A stretch of 64,000 bases of DNA from Macrostomum lignano (taxonomy: Eukaryota): contig NIVC01000273.1 in NCBI GenBank assembly GCA_002269645.1, forward strand, positions 186,001-250,000, read 5' to 3'. This document shows positions 1 through 10,200 of the stretch, piece by piece. Each line of letters opens with the position of its first letter. The first letter of the stretch is position 1. Under the pieces are notes generated by a model. The model was not told the origin of the DNA. It ran no database searches and saw nothing but the letters and a program-made list of their open reading frames with translations. A program made the translations under genes and the position numbers.

Positions 1-78
1 TTTTTTCGGGTTGTGTGTCGTTTTTTTTCTACTAGTCCTACATCCGACTAGTCCTACACCCTCACACCTCTTTTACCG

Positions 79-578
79 TCAGGGTGCACCAAATTGGTCA
101 AATTTAAAACCGCCTCCTTTCTTATATTCAGCTCTCATCTTTGCGTAGATGGCTGGATCGACACTATCTGCACTCGGTGCAAGGGGTTGAATATCTGGTA
201 TTGATTTCCGGGTTTCATGAACCGTATCTTTAATCTTTTTGGCTGCTGTGGCTACACTACCGGCCGCTTCGGCAACGTTCTTGATGTTCTCTTTGTTCTC
301 TCCAATGACCTTAAAAATCTTGGCCCCTTGAGCGATCAAATCGGCAAGACGTTCCCAGAACGTTCTTTTCTTGGATAGTGGCCTGCAGGGAAAAGTCCAG
401 ATCCGCGTTTAATGAGATTAAGTTCCTCTTTGTCGTAGTATTTGTCAATGTCTTTTTCGAAAATAATTGGCATCTTTTTAAATAGAAATTTATTTTTTGT
501 TAAACCGTGAAAGCAAAAGTTCTCTTGCTCTTTTATCGATATATTTTCTCTCAAGCATTTTGTCCAGGATGTTGACAA
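79..578 (-). pseudogene. Putative virion structural protein of a Polinton-like virus, frameshifted into two ORFs (336..578 and 79..339)
   Basis: The two ORFs overlap at 336-339 and join plausibly (..KRGSGLF..SGNVL / ADLIAQGAKIFKVIG..GSVATAAKKIKD). The amphipathic Gly/Ala-rich helix and GxG motifs resemble the ORF at 7198..7620. Confidence 0.45.
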
Positions 579-632
579 ATTCTTTTCTATTCTCGTCTTT
601 CATTCCGGTCTTTGCCGCTCCTAGAAGAACAG

Positions 633-1330
633 CTAACCGCTGGTAGAATTCAGGCATGCCTTTTCGGAAGAGCTTGGAGGTGATTCGAATGATTGGTCAG
701 AGGAGGAACTGTCATGTGGCGCTTGTCTTTGTTGAGGTGTGAATACTCTGTCATTGATTCGCTTCATTCGTTCTGGGGAGAGCCGCTCTAATTGTCGCCA
801 TTCATCTGGGCGCTGGTTTCTGTACTGGGAAATCTCATTTGGCCCTGATTTTTCAAGCGCTTCTAGTACTTGTTCGGGTGTGATTTGTTGCTGTGGCGGT
901 GGAGGTTGTTGTGGTTGTGGTTGTGTTTGTGGTTGCTGCTGTTGTGGTTGTTGTAGTTGTTGTTTTGGTTGCTGCTGTTGTGGTTGCTGCTGTTGTGGCT
1001 GTGGTTGTTGTGGTTGTTGTGGTTGTTGTCTTATGACCTCTTCTTGATTCGGCAAACCAAACCATTGTTGAAAGTATTTGTATTTTTTAAACCTGTTCAA
1101 GACAATCCCGTTTTCATGTAAAATTTTCAAAACACCGTCGTTCTTGAGCATATCTATATCCCTCTCTAAAGCGAAGGTAACAAGATCTTTGTAATTTTCG
1201 AACTGCTTTTTAGACGTTTTCTCTAGATTTTTAGTCATGTAGTCGAGTAAACTTTGAGTGAAGGGGATTCGTTTAGTTTCTGCGCCTTTATTGATTAAAA
1301 TATTTTCCTTTGTCACTTCAATTTTGTAAT
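633..1330 (-). pseudogene. 5'-deleted copy of the Q/P-rich conserved protein also at 28485..29306
   Basis: Near-identical DNA to 28500-28924 (NIEVTKENI..FKKYKYF.QWFGLP.QEEVIRQQ). The N-terminus is removed by the deletion junction at 1330/1331. Confidence 0.75.
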
Positions 1331-2166
1331 AAGAAGGAGATATCAATGACAGTGGTTATAAAAATAGGAAGAAGAGATACAACTATGCATTGCAAGGTGC
1401 TGATGATGCTGCTAAGAACCCGCAGTATCGGTCTGTTGATGTATTTGTGCCACTTAGATTTATGAGTGGATTCTGTAATACATTTAATCGACTGACTAAT
1501 AACTTTAGCTACACATTAAGACTGACTAGAGATGATCGCAGTAGAGTGTTGTGGACTGGGGCGGACCACACCGGGATGGCTGTGAAGCTAACCGGAATCG
1601 AGCTGTATTTGGAAGTCATTGAGCCAAAGACTGCACTAAAAGCTGATTATCTTAAGGCAATAGAGAAGGACATTGATGTTGCATACACGGCCTACATGTG
1701 TCGAGATGAGCGAAACGAAACTAGAACAAACATCTGCATCAAAGAGGGATCATGCAGCAATCCAAGGTATATCATTATTAACATGAGAAACCCAAATAGC
1801 ATTATACGCTACATGCATGGAGACGTGAGGTCCATTCAACATGAAATCAGTGATAATCTTTACCCTGCACTGCCACAAAATGGAGATTTCAGTCAGAACT
1901 AGATTTGAAAATTTTACAGCGAGTTGGTCGACTTGGCTGTGAAAGAGAACAATGGAATTGCTATCACTGCTCTTCAATATGGAACTCTATATCCGATGTT
2001 TGGCGCTGATGTGTCTGCCAGACAAATGCCTACTGATAACAGCCCTGTGAATATCGTGACTAACATTGAAAGGACTGCCGCAACACCCGTGGACCTGTAC
2101 ATTGTCTATGCATTTGAGAGGAAGGTGAAGCTTAACATGATCAACAATTCATCCAGTAAAGTTTAA
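1331..2166 (+). pseudogene. Major capsid protein (double jelly-roll, adintovirus/PLV type, lineage B), C-terminal portion
   Basis: ORFs 1390..1902 and 1924..2166 are in the same frame, separated by stops at 1900-1908. Motifs VPLRFMSGF, FSYTLRLTR, PRYIIINM, YPMFGAD and a beta-rich pattern. The 5' end (aagaaggagatatcaatgacagtggttataaa) matches the 3' end of the N-terminal fragment at 29788-29818. Confidence 0.7.
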
Positions 2167-2186
2167 ATATTTTTTTAGGACAAAAA

Positions 2187-3050
2187 ATGGAAGCTATAGC
2201 CGAAAGACTAAATAACATTGTTTCACACTCTAAGGAGAGCATTCCTATTACAATAACCGGGCTAATTAATGACTCAAACGGGATATTTGTTGAAAAATTA
2301 GAGCAGGCAATTCGCCTGGATCCAGGTGCTAATTACCATGTCTATCTAAACGACTTCACTGGTTGGTCAAACGTTCCCAATGTGACGGCAGCAAATAATA
2401 AGTTTTATTACAAATGGAAAGGTGCAGCAGCAGACCCTGTGGTATTCCCTGTGAGCACGCAAAGTGTGGATACCTACAATAACTTTCTAGAAAATGTCTT
2501 TACTAAGAGAGGCCATTTTGAGACACCTGATGCGAGTAAGCCAGAGAAGAAACTGTTCCCTGTCAAACTAACCTATGATCTCACTGTAATGAGAGTGGTC
2601 ATGCAAGTTCACAAAGATGCGGAGGTTGAGTTTAAAGATGACACTTGGTATAGGGAACTGGGATTCGAGAAGAAAGTTTATAAGGCAGAATCCGCGGCGC
2701 GGACCGCCACTCAAGCATCGGGGACTGTTAGAATGGTCCGGGAAAGTGTACGCGGTTTGTTCTTAGCACCCAATATTGCAGACATTGCAAAGGGTTTGAA
2801 TATTCTAATCAGAAGCAATCTCAGTCTTGATTGGGTATTTAAGGGAAAGCGAACGAATATTTTGTACAACATCTCCAACTCTGTTGCTGGAGGACAGATG
2901 GTGGTAGAGAAACCAAATCCAGTGAAAAGAGTTGTATTGAGTAATAAGGAGATTCACGAGATTGTGCTACAGTTTGAGACTGAAGATGGGATGGGCGTTG
3001 ATTTCAACGGTGAAGAGTTTGTATTGACGTTAACCATTGAGAGAATGTAA
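2187..3050 (+). CDS. Minor capsid (penton) protein, lineage B; open reading frame intact
   Basis: Motifs IRLDP..YHVYL, NVPNVTAANNKFYY, LGF, NILYNI, VEKPNP..VVL, IVLQFETEDG..VDFNGEEFVLTLTI, as in the Polinton penton at 10923. Confidence 0.8.
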   Translation: MEAIAERLNNIVSHSKESIPITITGLINDSNGIFVEKLEQAIRLDPGANYHVYLNDFTGWSNVPNVTAANNKFYYKWKGAAADPVVFPVSTQSVDTYNNFLENVFTKRGHFETPDASKPEKKLFPVKLTYDLTVMRVVMQVHKDAEVEFKDDTWYRELGFEKKVYKAESAARTATQASGTVRMVRESVRGLFLAPNIADIAKGLNILIRSNLSLDWVFKGKRTNILYNISNSVAGGQMVVEKPNPVKRVVLSNKEIHEIVLQFETEDGMGVDFNGEEFVLTLTIERM

Positions 3051-3755
3051 GAAATCACAATTGTCTAATGATTTCTGCAAAGTTATAATAGCTGTCGTAA
3101 TCTTTTACGTAGGTTACTCCATACTTATAAAACCAGTGTCTTTGGAGAGCTAGATTAATATTAGAGACATTGATATCAACGCCGGGCCAATATTTTCTCA
3201 TGTACTCGCTGCATTCAAGTTTGCATCGGTACTTGGGTCTGTACAATGGATTAGGCTGAGTATAATAAGAACCTGGAGAGACAACTGGAAACATTTTTAG
3301 AGAAAAATTAGATTTTTTTCAAAGGGTAAGGACCCTGCGCTGATAATTTAAAGTCTTAGGGATCAGGTTTCGTGTTGCGAATTGAATGTGGGGAGAAGAA
3401 TGCAGATTATTTTCTGATTGTTTCGAAGATGCTCTGGGTGGATGTCAGTGGATTATGTCTGTGTCAGTGAGCATAACAGGTATCAGTGGACACCTGCTCT
3501 GATTCTGTCAGGGATAATATGGATGGATTTAATGGGATTATGTTCGAAGTTTTCGGAGCAAGTGCGGCCCCTCCCCTTTTTCATGATTCTGTCAGGGATA
3601 ATATGGATGGATTTAATGGGATTATGGAGGACGTTTTGTGAGCGAGTGCGACCCCCCTTTTTTTCTGATTCTGTCGGGGATAATATGGATGGATCTAATG
3701 GGATTATGGAGGATGTGAAAAATTTTGTCCCAGAAGCCCCCTCATGAATTCTACT
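3051..3755 (+). repeat. Putative terminal (TIR) module copy 1: 79-aa ORF (3055..3294, minus), unique segment, about 3.5 copies of an ~81-bp unit, ending GCCCCCTCATGAATTCTACT
   Basis: Homologous blocks at 29819-30470 (inverted), 47512-48069, 50156-50630 (inverted) and 51860-52357. Four copies end at the same ..CTACT / AGTA.. boundary. Confidence 0.7.
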
Positions 3756-4789
3756 TTCCTACAATGCCTTCTTTCTCGAATTTGCACGAGAGGCTTACTG
3801 CCGCTAGAGCAACTCTTAGAATTCGTGAGCGAAATTTGCGACAACACCATAGGAACTCAATGTTTAGAGATATTGCCATCAACATCTTTTTGGAGTATAA
3901 CCCACAAAATTGGGCTAATGAAGAGCAGCTAAAGGTTAGTTAAAAAGTGTTTTTACATTATAAGGTTTTAAGTTTACAAAAATCATATACGAGCGCACCA
4001 AACCCTTTCCTAGAACTACTATCTTCAAAAACGACGCGTTCAAGAAGCAGAGAGGCGCTTGGTTGCTTATCGCAAAAGATATGGAGCACCAACTAGCTGA
4101 AATTCAACCAGAGGATAACCCGACTCAAGTACAGAACCATCCAGCACAGCCGGGGAATAATCAAGGGCTTTGCCAATCTGCCAACACGAACCACGGCCAC
4201 CAAACGTTACCATGGCATGTCGTCGAGCTGTGGTTTGTGAAATATGTTATCGCACCGGAATTCAAGAGGGCAACATGGTTAGGTGCCCAACATGCCGCGC
4301 TGATATAGAACCACCTAATGCGCCATAATTATCAACATGACTTGATATCAAACATTTATTAAGGTAATAATTTAAACAAATATATCATCGCTTTGAGCAG
4401 GCCACATTTAGCCCAATGGAGTTTGGCCTTTGGGGTCTGAAAGTCTTTTTCTGTTCCTGTGTTTATTTTTCTGTTTCTAAAAATAGACAAAAATGTGCCC
4501 CGTTACAGATCCACGCAAGCTAAGAGAGTATACAATAGGTGAGCCCCTAGAGTACAATGGAGAGGGTATTTTGATACTAGAAGCACCATTCCAACTTACT
4601 AAAAGACAATCTACCTCTCATAAGACAGGCAGGTGCAGCCGGAATCGCAAAGGCAGTCAATAATAAAAAAGCTGCCAATGAAGTAGGCGCAAAAGTAGCG
4701 AAAAATTAAGAAGACAAAGTATAATGATACACAGAAAATGCTAGTTGGATTATCTATGGAAATTTGTCCAAAAGAAAGCAAAAATGTTA

Positions 4790-5917
4790 AATTTTTCATA
4801 GAAAAATGGAAGCTAATAACCCAAATGTTCGAAATGCACTGCCACAAAAATATTATGATTCTATTATAAATTTCTCTCAAATAAAAACACCCATTCGAAA
4901 GGCTCGACTAATTGAAGAAATTGATAAAGCTTACGATGGATATTAAGCAGAAATATTAAAACACAGAGATTGTAAATGCCCCCCATATTTGTATTCATTC
5001 AGAGTATATCTTGCACATGTTGATAAATGGGCATTGATTTCAAGACAGCACATAAGGAATGATGAATTTTTCGTCATGCTTAAGTTGAACATTTTCAAAC
5101 TCCCCATAACCCTTGAGAAGTACATTGAAACTGATGAATTATATTGTTAAATTTATTTTTTTAAAAATGGAAAGAAAAAATCAAAACGATTCAAGTTTCT
5201 CTCCTGTGATCGTACAGGATCCGCTTCAAAACCATGATGCCCCACCACCAAGATTGACAAATTTAAAACAAACAAAATCGTACGATAAACTAATTAATCT
5301 CTATAGAGAACCTAATTTTAGATTCGGAAGTTGCAGTGTAACATGGAATAGTAAAACAAAGAAAAAAATACCGCCAGGAATGCCAACCAAAGCAGATAGG
5401 AATTCAACCTCACCACCATTTCGACCAGATGTAGACAACTTGATTTGGATAGATACTAGAAACTCAAATATAACCGTAATCGATATTGATAATGCTGACC
5501 TATGCCCTGAGTTGAATGAACTGTGTATGACTCATTGTGATTGGATTGTTCAGACAAACAAGGGACACCACTTTTACTTTAACAAGGTAGATGGATTGAA
5601 AGTAACGATTCAACAAAGTGTGGGTTTTGATATTCCCGCCTTAGTATTTGCTCCATCAGGTTTCTATTATGTCGATGGTGAAATGAAGGAATACAAACGT
5701 ACAAAGTGCGAGGGACTTATAGACATGCCAGATGTAGTTCTTGAGGAGATAAATAGATTAATTGAGCCACAGGATAAAAAGAAAACCAAGAACCCGATAA
5801 ACAGGCACTAAAAAGCACCGTTCCACCACCCACTTGTGAAGGAGTTTCAAAGTTGTTAAATATAATACAACACAAAAACCAAGACTATGATTCTTGGTAC
5901 AAGGTAGCACTTATACT
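4790..5917 (+). pseudogene. Truncated duplicate of the 114-aa ORF plus the primase-polymerase N-terminus (copy of about 15150-16283)
   Basis: Near-identical to 15150-16283. Contains a stop in the small ORF (gga tat taa) and an A-run frameshift near 5790. Homology stops at cacttatact (5917). Confidence 0.85.
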
Positions 5918-5933
5918 ACAAGGTACAAGGTAG

Positions 5934-7244
5934 TCAGCTATAACAAAACTACCACCCATCTTCGCCACTGGAAAATATCCTGGCGAATTTCATATTCCAG
6001 GGTATTCTTTTACTGGCCCAGGTACAAATTTAGACAAAAGACTCAATCCAATTGCAGACTGGCCTCGGTATGATAGTCTACCAATTAATCCAATTGATTG
6101 GACTGCTTATTATCATGACAAAAACTATAGAGATGCTGAAAAGACGTCTTCAACTCCAGAGGAAGCCTTAGCAAAGAAGCACATTGCTGATGAAAAAATG
6201 ATAACTAATTTAGATGCTATTCCAACCAGCGACTTGTCTGTGAAGGAGAGACTCATTAGAAATCTAGTAAAGCGTATTATCAAGGCTAAAGTTCGGTTTG
6301 GACTAGGCATTCATACTCACAACCCCAACAATTGTATAGACTGTCTAACAATTTATAGTAAGGGTCTTAGCTATGAAGATGCAGTAAAATTGCATAAAGA
6401 ATATCGAAAGCCAAGAGTATTTAGAAAAATGATTCACTATGCAAAAGACACAATTTGGCATGCAGATATCATTATCCTTCCTCCTGAAAGAGGTTACAAA
6501 TATGCTCTCACTATCATAGATGGTTTTACACGTTACACCTGGGCAGTACCTTTGAAAACAAAGACGGGAGCGGAAGTTGCAGAAGCTTTCCAAAAAGTAT
6601 TTAAGGAATCAGGAAGACGTTCAGAGAGACTTTTTGTAGATGAAGGCAAGGAGTTTTATAATCAGCATATGTACAAGCTATACTCGTTTTCAAAAGACAA
6701 CATTAGAAAGAAGGATGAAAGGGGTGAATATATTAACAAGATGTTTTCAATTTATGGCGAGTCCAAGAATGCAATGATTGAGAGGTTCAATCGTACTCCC
6801 ACAAATAAACTCTGGTTTGAATTCGATCTACAGGGTAATCAGAAGTGGCTCCACACATTGCCAGCTATTGTTGAAAAATACAACAACACAATCCATTCTG
6901 AGATTCTGATAACTCCTTCAGAAGCATCTAAACATCCTGAGCGAGTACCAAAGCCTTCCTTCGAGTATTCAAATGAGAAACCAAACTTCAAAGTAGGTGA
7001 CAAAGTTCATATCTATAGATATAAGGAGCACTTTGAAAAGGGTCGAAAAGGTTATTGGAAAATTTCAGAATTGTTTAGGATAAAGAAAATAGTTTATTCA
7101 AATCCCTTAACCTACATTATTGAGGATGAGAATGGAGAAGAAATTATTGGATCATTTTACAAATCCCAGCTTTTACCAGCAAATTTTTCAACTAAAAATG
7201 AGCGCCTATCGAACAAACTGCAAACGGGCGAAAGGTCAGATTGA
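5934..7244 (+). CDS. int: Parvovirus-VP1u-like phospholipase A2 domain in frame with a retroviral-type (rve/DDE) integrase; 5' end truncated
   Basis: Stop-free frame from 5934. PLA2: HIPGYSFTGPGTNLDKRL, PINPIDWTAYYHDKNY, HIADEKM. Integrase: LHKEYRK, WHADI, LFVDEGKEF, MIERFNRT, KFKVGDKV..TYIIEDENGEEIIGSFY. Confidence 0.85.
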   Translation, partial: SAITKLPPIFATGKYPGEFHIPGYSFTGPGTNLDKRLNPIADWPRYDSLPINPIDWTAYYHDKNYRDAEKTSSTPEEALAKKHIADEKMITNLDAIPTSDLSVKERLIRNLVKRIIKAKVRFGLGIHTHNPNNCIDCLTIYSKGLSYEDAVKLHKEYRKPRVFRKMIHYAKDTIWHADIIILPPERGYKYALTIIDGFTRYTWAVPLKTKTGAEVAEAFQKVFKESGRRSERLFVDEGKEFYNQHMYKLYSFSKDNIRKKDERGEYINKMFSIYGESKNAMIERFNRTPTNKLWFEFDLQGNQKWLHTLPAIVEKYNNTIHSEILITPSEASKHPERVPKPSFEYSNEKPNFKVGDKVHIYRYKEHFEKGRKGYWKISELFRIKKIVYSNPLTYIIEDENGEEIIGSFYKSQLLPANFSTKNERLSNKLQTGERSD

Positions 7245-7620
7245 AACGTCTGATTCACAACTACTAGCTGATAAAGAGGGTGAAGGAATTGGTGATATGA
7301 TCAGTGGTGTCACAAACTTTTTATCAAATCATGGAAGTAAAATCGTGAGTGGAGCTGATGCAATAGGTAAAACAGCTACCACAGCGAAAAACATATTTGA
7401 TGCGAAGAAATCATACAGTGACATGTCTAAAGCAGGTGAGGAACTGGAATATATTAAAAAGAAACGTAGAGAAAAAGAAGCAAAGAAAAGAATGGAAGAA
7501 GAGCAACAGATAGCTTCACAATCAAACAAGACCATTCAAGATATTGTTAAAAAGGCTCTAGGAACAGCAGAACAGTCTCAAGTGTCTTTGAGACAAGGCA
7601 ATGGTTTGAAGAAATTCTGA
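7198..7620 (+). CDS. Putative virion protein with amphipathic helix (pVI-like position and pattern)
   Basis: AAAAATG start at 7198. GEGIGDMISGVTNFLSNHGSKIV amphipathic segment, Lys/Glu-rich coil, C-terminal QGNG. Lies between the integrase and capsid genes. Confidence 0.5.
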   Translation: MSAYRTNCKRAKGQIETSDSQLLADKEGEGIGDMISGVTNFLSNHGSKIVSGADAIGKTATTAKNIFDAKKSYSDMSKAGEELEYIKKKRREKEAKKRMEEEQQIASQSNKTIQDIVKKALGTAEQSQVSLRQGNGLKKF

Positions 7621-7628
7621 CCTTAAAA

Positions 7629-8081
7629 ATGAGCGAGAAAAACACTGAAGCAAGACTCAATCGGTATGTTCGAGAGGGAAAACCAAGATATGTTACTGTA
7701 AATAAGCAAAAGCAATATCTTTCTAAAGAGAAGATTCGAGAATTGCAAGAGAAACAGAAAGAACATGAAGGTGGAATAATTCCTCTATTAGGCTTACTAC
7801 CAGCAATTTTGGGTGGTATCGGAGCAGCTTCCGGAGTTGGTACAATGATTGCAAAATGTGTTAATACAGCCAACAATGCTAAGCATAATAAGACAATAGA
7901 AAGCATTGAACGACAAAAACTAGAAGAGTTGAAAAAGGCTCAAGGGAGTGGAGTATTAGTTGATGCGGCTAAAAGAGTCGAACAAGTACCCAGAGAAGCA
8001 GTCAAGTGGCTGCTAAAGACGTTTAAAGTTGAAAAGGAGAAACAAGGTAAAGGGATAATTCTTAGACCTCACGAAGCTTAG
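7629..8081 (+). CDS. Adenovirus pX/mu-like core protein
   Basis: EGGIIPLLGLLPAILGGIGAASGVG resembles the adenoviral pX GG-[IF]LP..I...IGA motif. Basic N-terminus; directly upstream of the major capsid gene. Confidence 0.55.
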   Translation: MSEKNTEARLNRYVREGKPRYVTVNKQKQYLSKEKIRELQEKQKEHEGGIIPLLGLLPAILGGIGAASGVGTMIAKCVNTANNAKHNKTIESIERQKLEELKKAQGSGVLVDAAKRVEQVPREAVKWLLKTFKVEKEKQGKGIILRPHEA

Positions 8082-8101
8082 TTGAAATTTCTTGTATAAA
8101 A

Positions 8102-9465
8102 ATGGAGAACAAAAAGGATATACTGAACCTATATGAGGACAAAACTTTTAGCTTTTTCAAAAAGAAAGAAGACTATATTAAGATTTCTCCAACACCAGGT
8201 AGCACTAATAATCTCAATGTTGCTGGAGGTCAAATAGTTCATGAAGTCAATTCAACAGAGGCATACATTCTCATGTCAGAGGCATTCGGTTTTATAAGAT
8301 ACTCGATAACACAGCGAGATAACACAGACTTGAATACGAACATTACTCTAGAACATAATTGGCCTATGCGTCTGTTTTCTCAACTTATTGTGGACATAGG
8401 AGGATCAAAGAAAATCTATAATGAACCTGGAGAGTATGACACAATCTTAAAATCCGTAATGTACTCAAAATTGATGAATGAAGTTGGAGAAGCATACGGT
8501 TGGATTCCAGACACTGGAGATGCTGGGACTGTTTCTGATATACCTCTAGCAAACAACGCAGATGCTGAAGCTGTGAGAACTGCAGCAATCGCTATGAAAA
8601 ATAGACTTAATAAGAAGGATTCGAATACTGGATACATTAGGAGGCTTGAAAATTATAATAATGTCACTAATGCTCCAAACAGAGGTGGAACAATCAAACT
8701 ATCATTAACACCCTCATTGGGTTCCTTGATTGGCAGAAGATTAGCAAAGGAATTAAATATAAATTCACATGGAAAAGAAAGACTAACGATGCTGAAATTT
8801 TCTTTGGAGCTGCCGGGACGGAAGCTAAGTTAACTATTAATAGCTTTGAGATTTGGATCCCTGCTATTACTTTGTCACCCAGTGCTGAAGCAGCTTTTCT
8901 AAAATCACTCAACAAGGACATTATAGTATCATTTCCAGAGAGGGTAACGATTCCGCCACAACTCATTCAAGGAAGCCCATATACATGGAACATAACCAGC
9001 GTCTCCAATATGCCACTTGCAATCTTTGTAGCCTTCAAATATGACGTAAACAATCCATCATATATAGTTAATGATCACAAGTATGTATCTTACAAGACTG
9101 GAGCAAATGCAGTAAAAATAACCCAGCTTCAAGTCAGATTAAATCAGGTGATGTATCCAACTGATTATGTTGATATTGATCCAGTAGCTCAAGACATTCA
9201 TAAAGCGTATGAAATGTACGAGGACATCTGCAGCCATTTCGGTGTAACTCCACCATTCAATAAACAAGACTTTCTAACCATCTATCCAATATTCTGCTTT
9301 GATCTAACAGCTCAGGATGAGTTTCTTGTCAAGAATGGAGTGAATATTCAATTATTTATCAAGAAGTCAACTAATGTTGAGCTGACTGCTTTTGCACTAA
9401 TTCTTGAACAAACAAAGAATGTAATCCAAGTTATCAGTGAGTATCAAATGGGCCGCGTCGAATAA
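8102..9465 (+). pseudogene. Major capsid protein (hexon-like double jelly-roll, lineage A), one frameshift near 8700
   Basis: 8102 frame (NITLEHNWPMRLFSQL) continues after about 8701 in the 8872 frame (TLIGFLDWQK..KFTWKR..LTINSFEIWIP..PLAIFVAF..YPIFCFDLT). Size about 450 aa; next to the ATPase. Confidence 0.8.
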
Positions 9466-9487
9466 GGTCATTTTTTTCTTTTTTTAA

Positions 9488-10198
9488 ATGCCCAAAGTAA
9501 AATTTCAGCATGATCCTATTTTCCCTAATCCTCTTTTATGTTGTATTATCGGCGCTACAAATACGGGTAAAACATATTTACTATTCCATATTCTTACAAG
9601 TCCTGAAAAACTAGTTGACTTTAATGAGTTAGTTTTATATGTTCCCAGAGCATCTCAAATGGATCCAGAGTATCAGTTTCTAAAGCATGGCTTTGAAAAT
9701 GGTCTCCCACCTTCTCTTATCAACTCACTCTATCATGTCTACCAGGTGAGTGAGGATGCATCTCCTGAAGATATTAGACATATTTGTCGAGAGGCAGCCA
9801 ACCCTGGTCGAGTGCAAAGCACATCAGAAAATTCAGAAGTAATAGAGAAAATTCCTGTCACTCTTTCCCATACTCCAAATGAAGAAATTTTTCATAATGG
9901 ACTAAAGGCATGTGTGATATTGGACGATGTTTTGGGAGAGGCTAATCAAACATTTCAGGAAAGTATGTTTCAGAGAGGCAGGCATGGAAACTGTTGTGGT
10001 TTTTATCTAGCTCAAAATTTTACCAAACTAGATCGCAATACTGTCAGGGAGAATACGACATGTTACATAATCTTTAAACAAAAGGCTAAATGTAGAGAGG
10101 CTTGGAAAAAGAAGTATGGCTATATCTATATAAATACAAGAGCTGATGAGGATGAGCAAGATTTGTATAAGGATGTTCTAACCAAAATCCCATTGTAA
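9488..10198 (+). CDS. A32/FtsK-HerA family genome-packaging ATPase (C-terminus possibly shortened)
   Basis: Walker A IIGATNTGKT, Walker B VILDD, RGRH arginine finger, LAQNF and REN..YIIF motifs. Confidence 0.9.
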   Translation: MPKVKFQHDPIFPNPLLCCIIGATNTGKTYLLFHILTSPEKLVDFNELVLYVPRASQMDPEYQFLKHGFENGLPPSLINSLYHVYQVSEDASPEDIRHICREAANPGRVQSTSENSEVIEKIPVTLSHTPNEEIFHNGLKACVILDDVLGEANQTFQESMFQRGRHGNCCGFYLAQNFTKLDRNTVRENTTCYIIFKQKAKCREAWKKKYGYIYINTRADEDEQDLYKDVLTKIPL

Positions 10199-10200
10199 AA

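Noticed and set aside
739-1065. Cys/Gly-rich and poly-Thr ORFs (also 28471..28715, 59519..59997, 61746..62614)
   Set aside because: Off-frame or antisense translations of microsatellite-like coding repeats.
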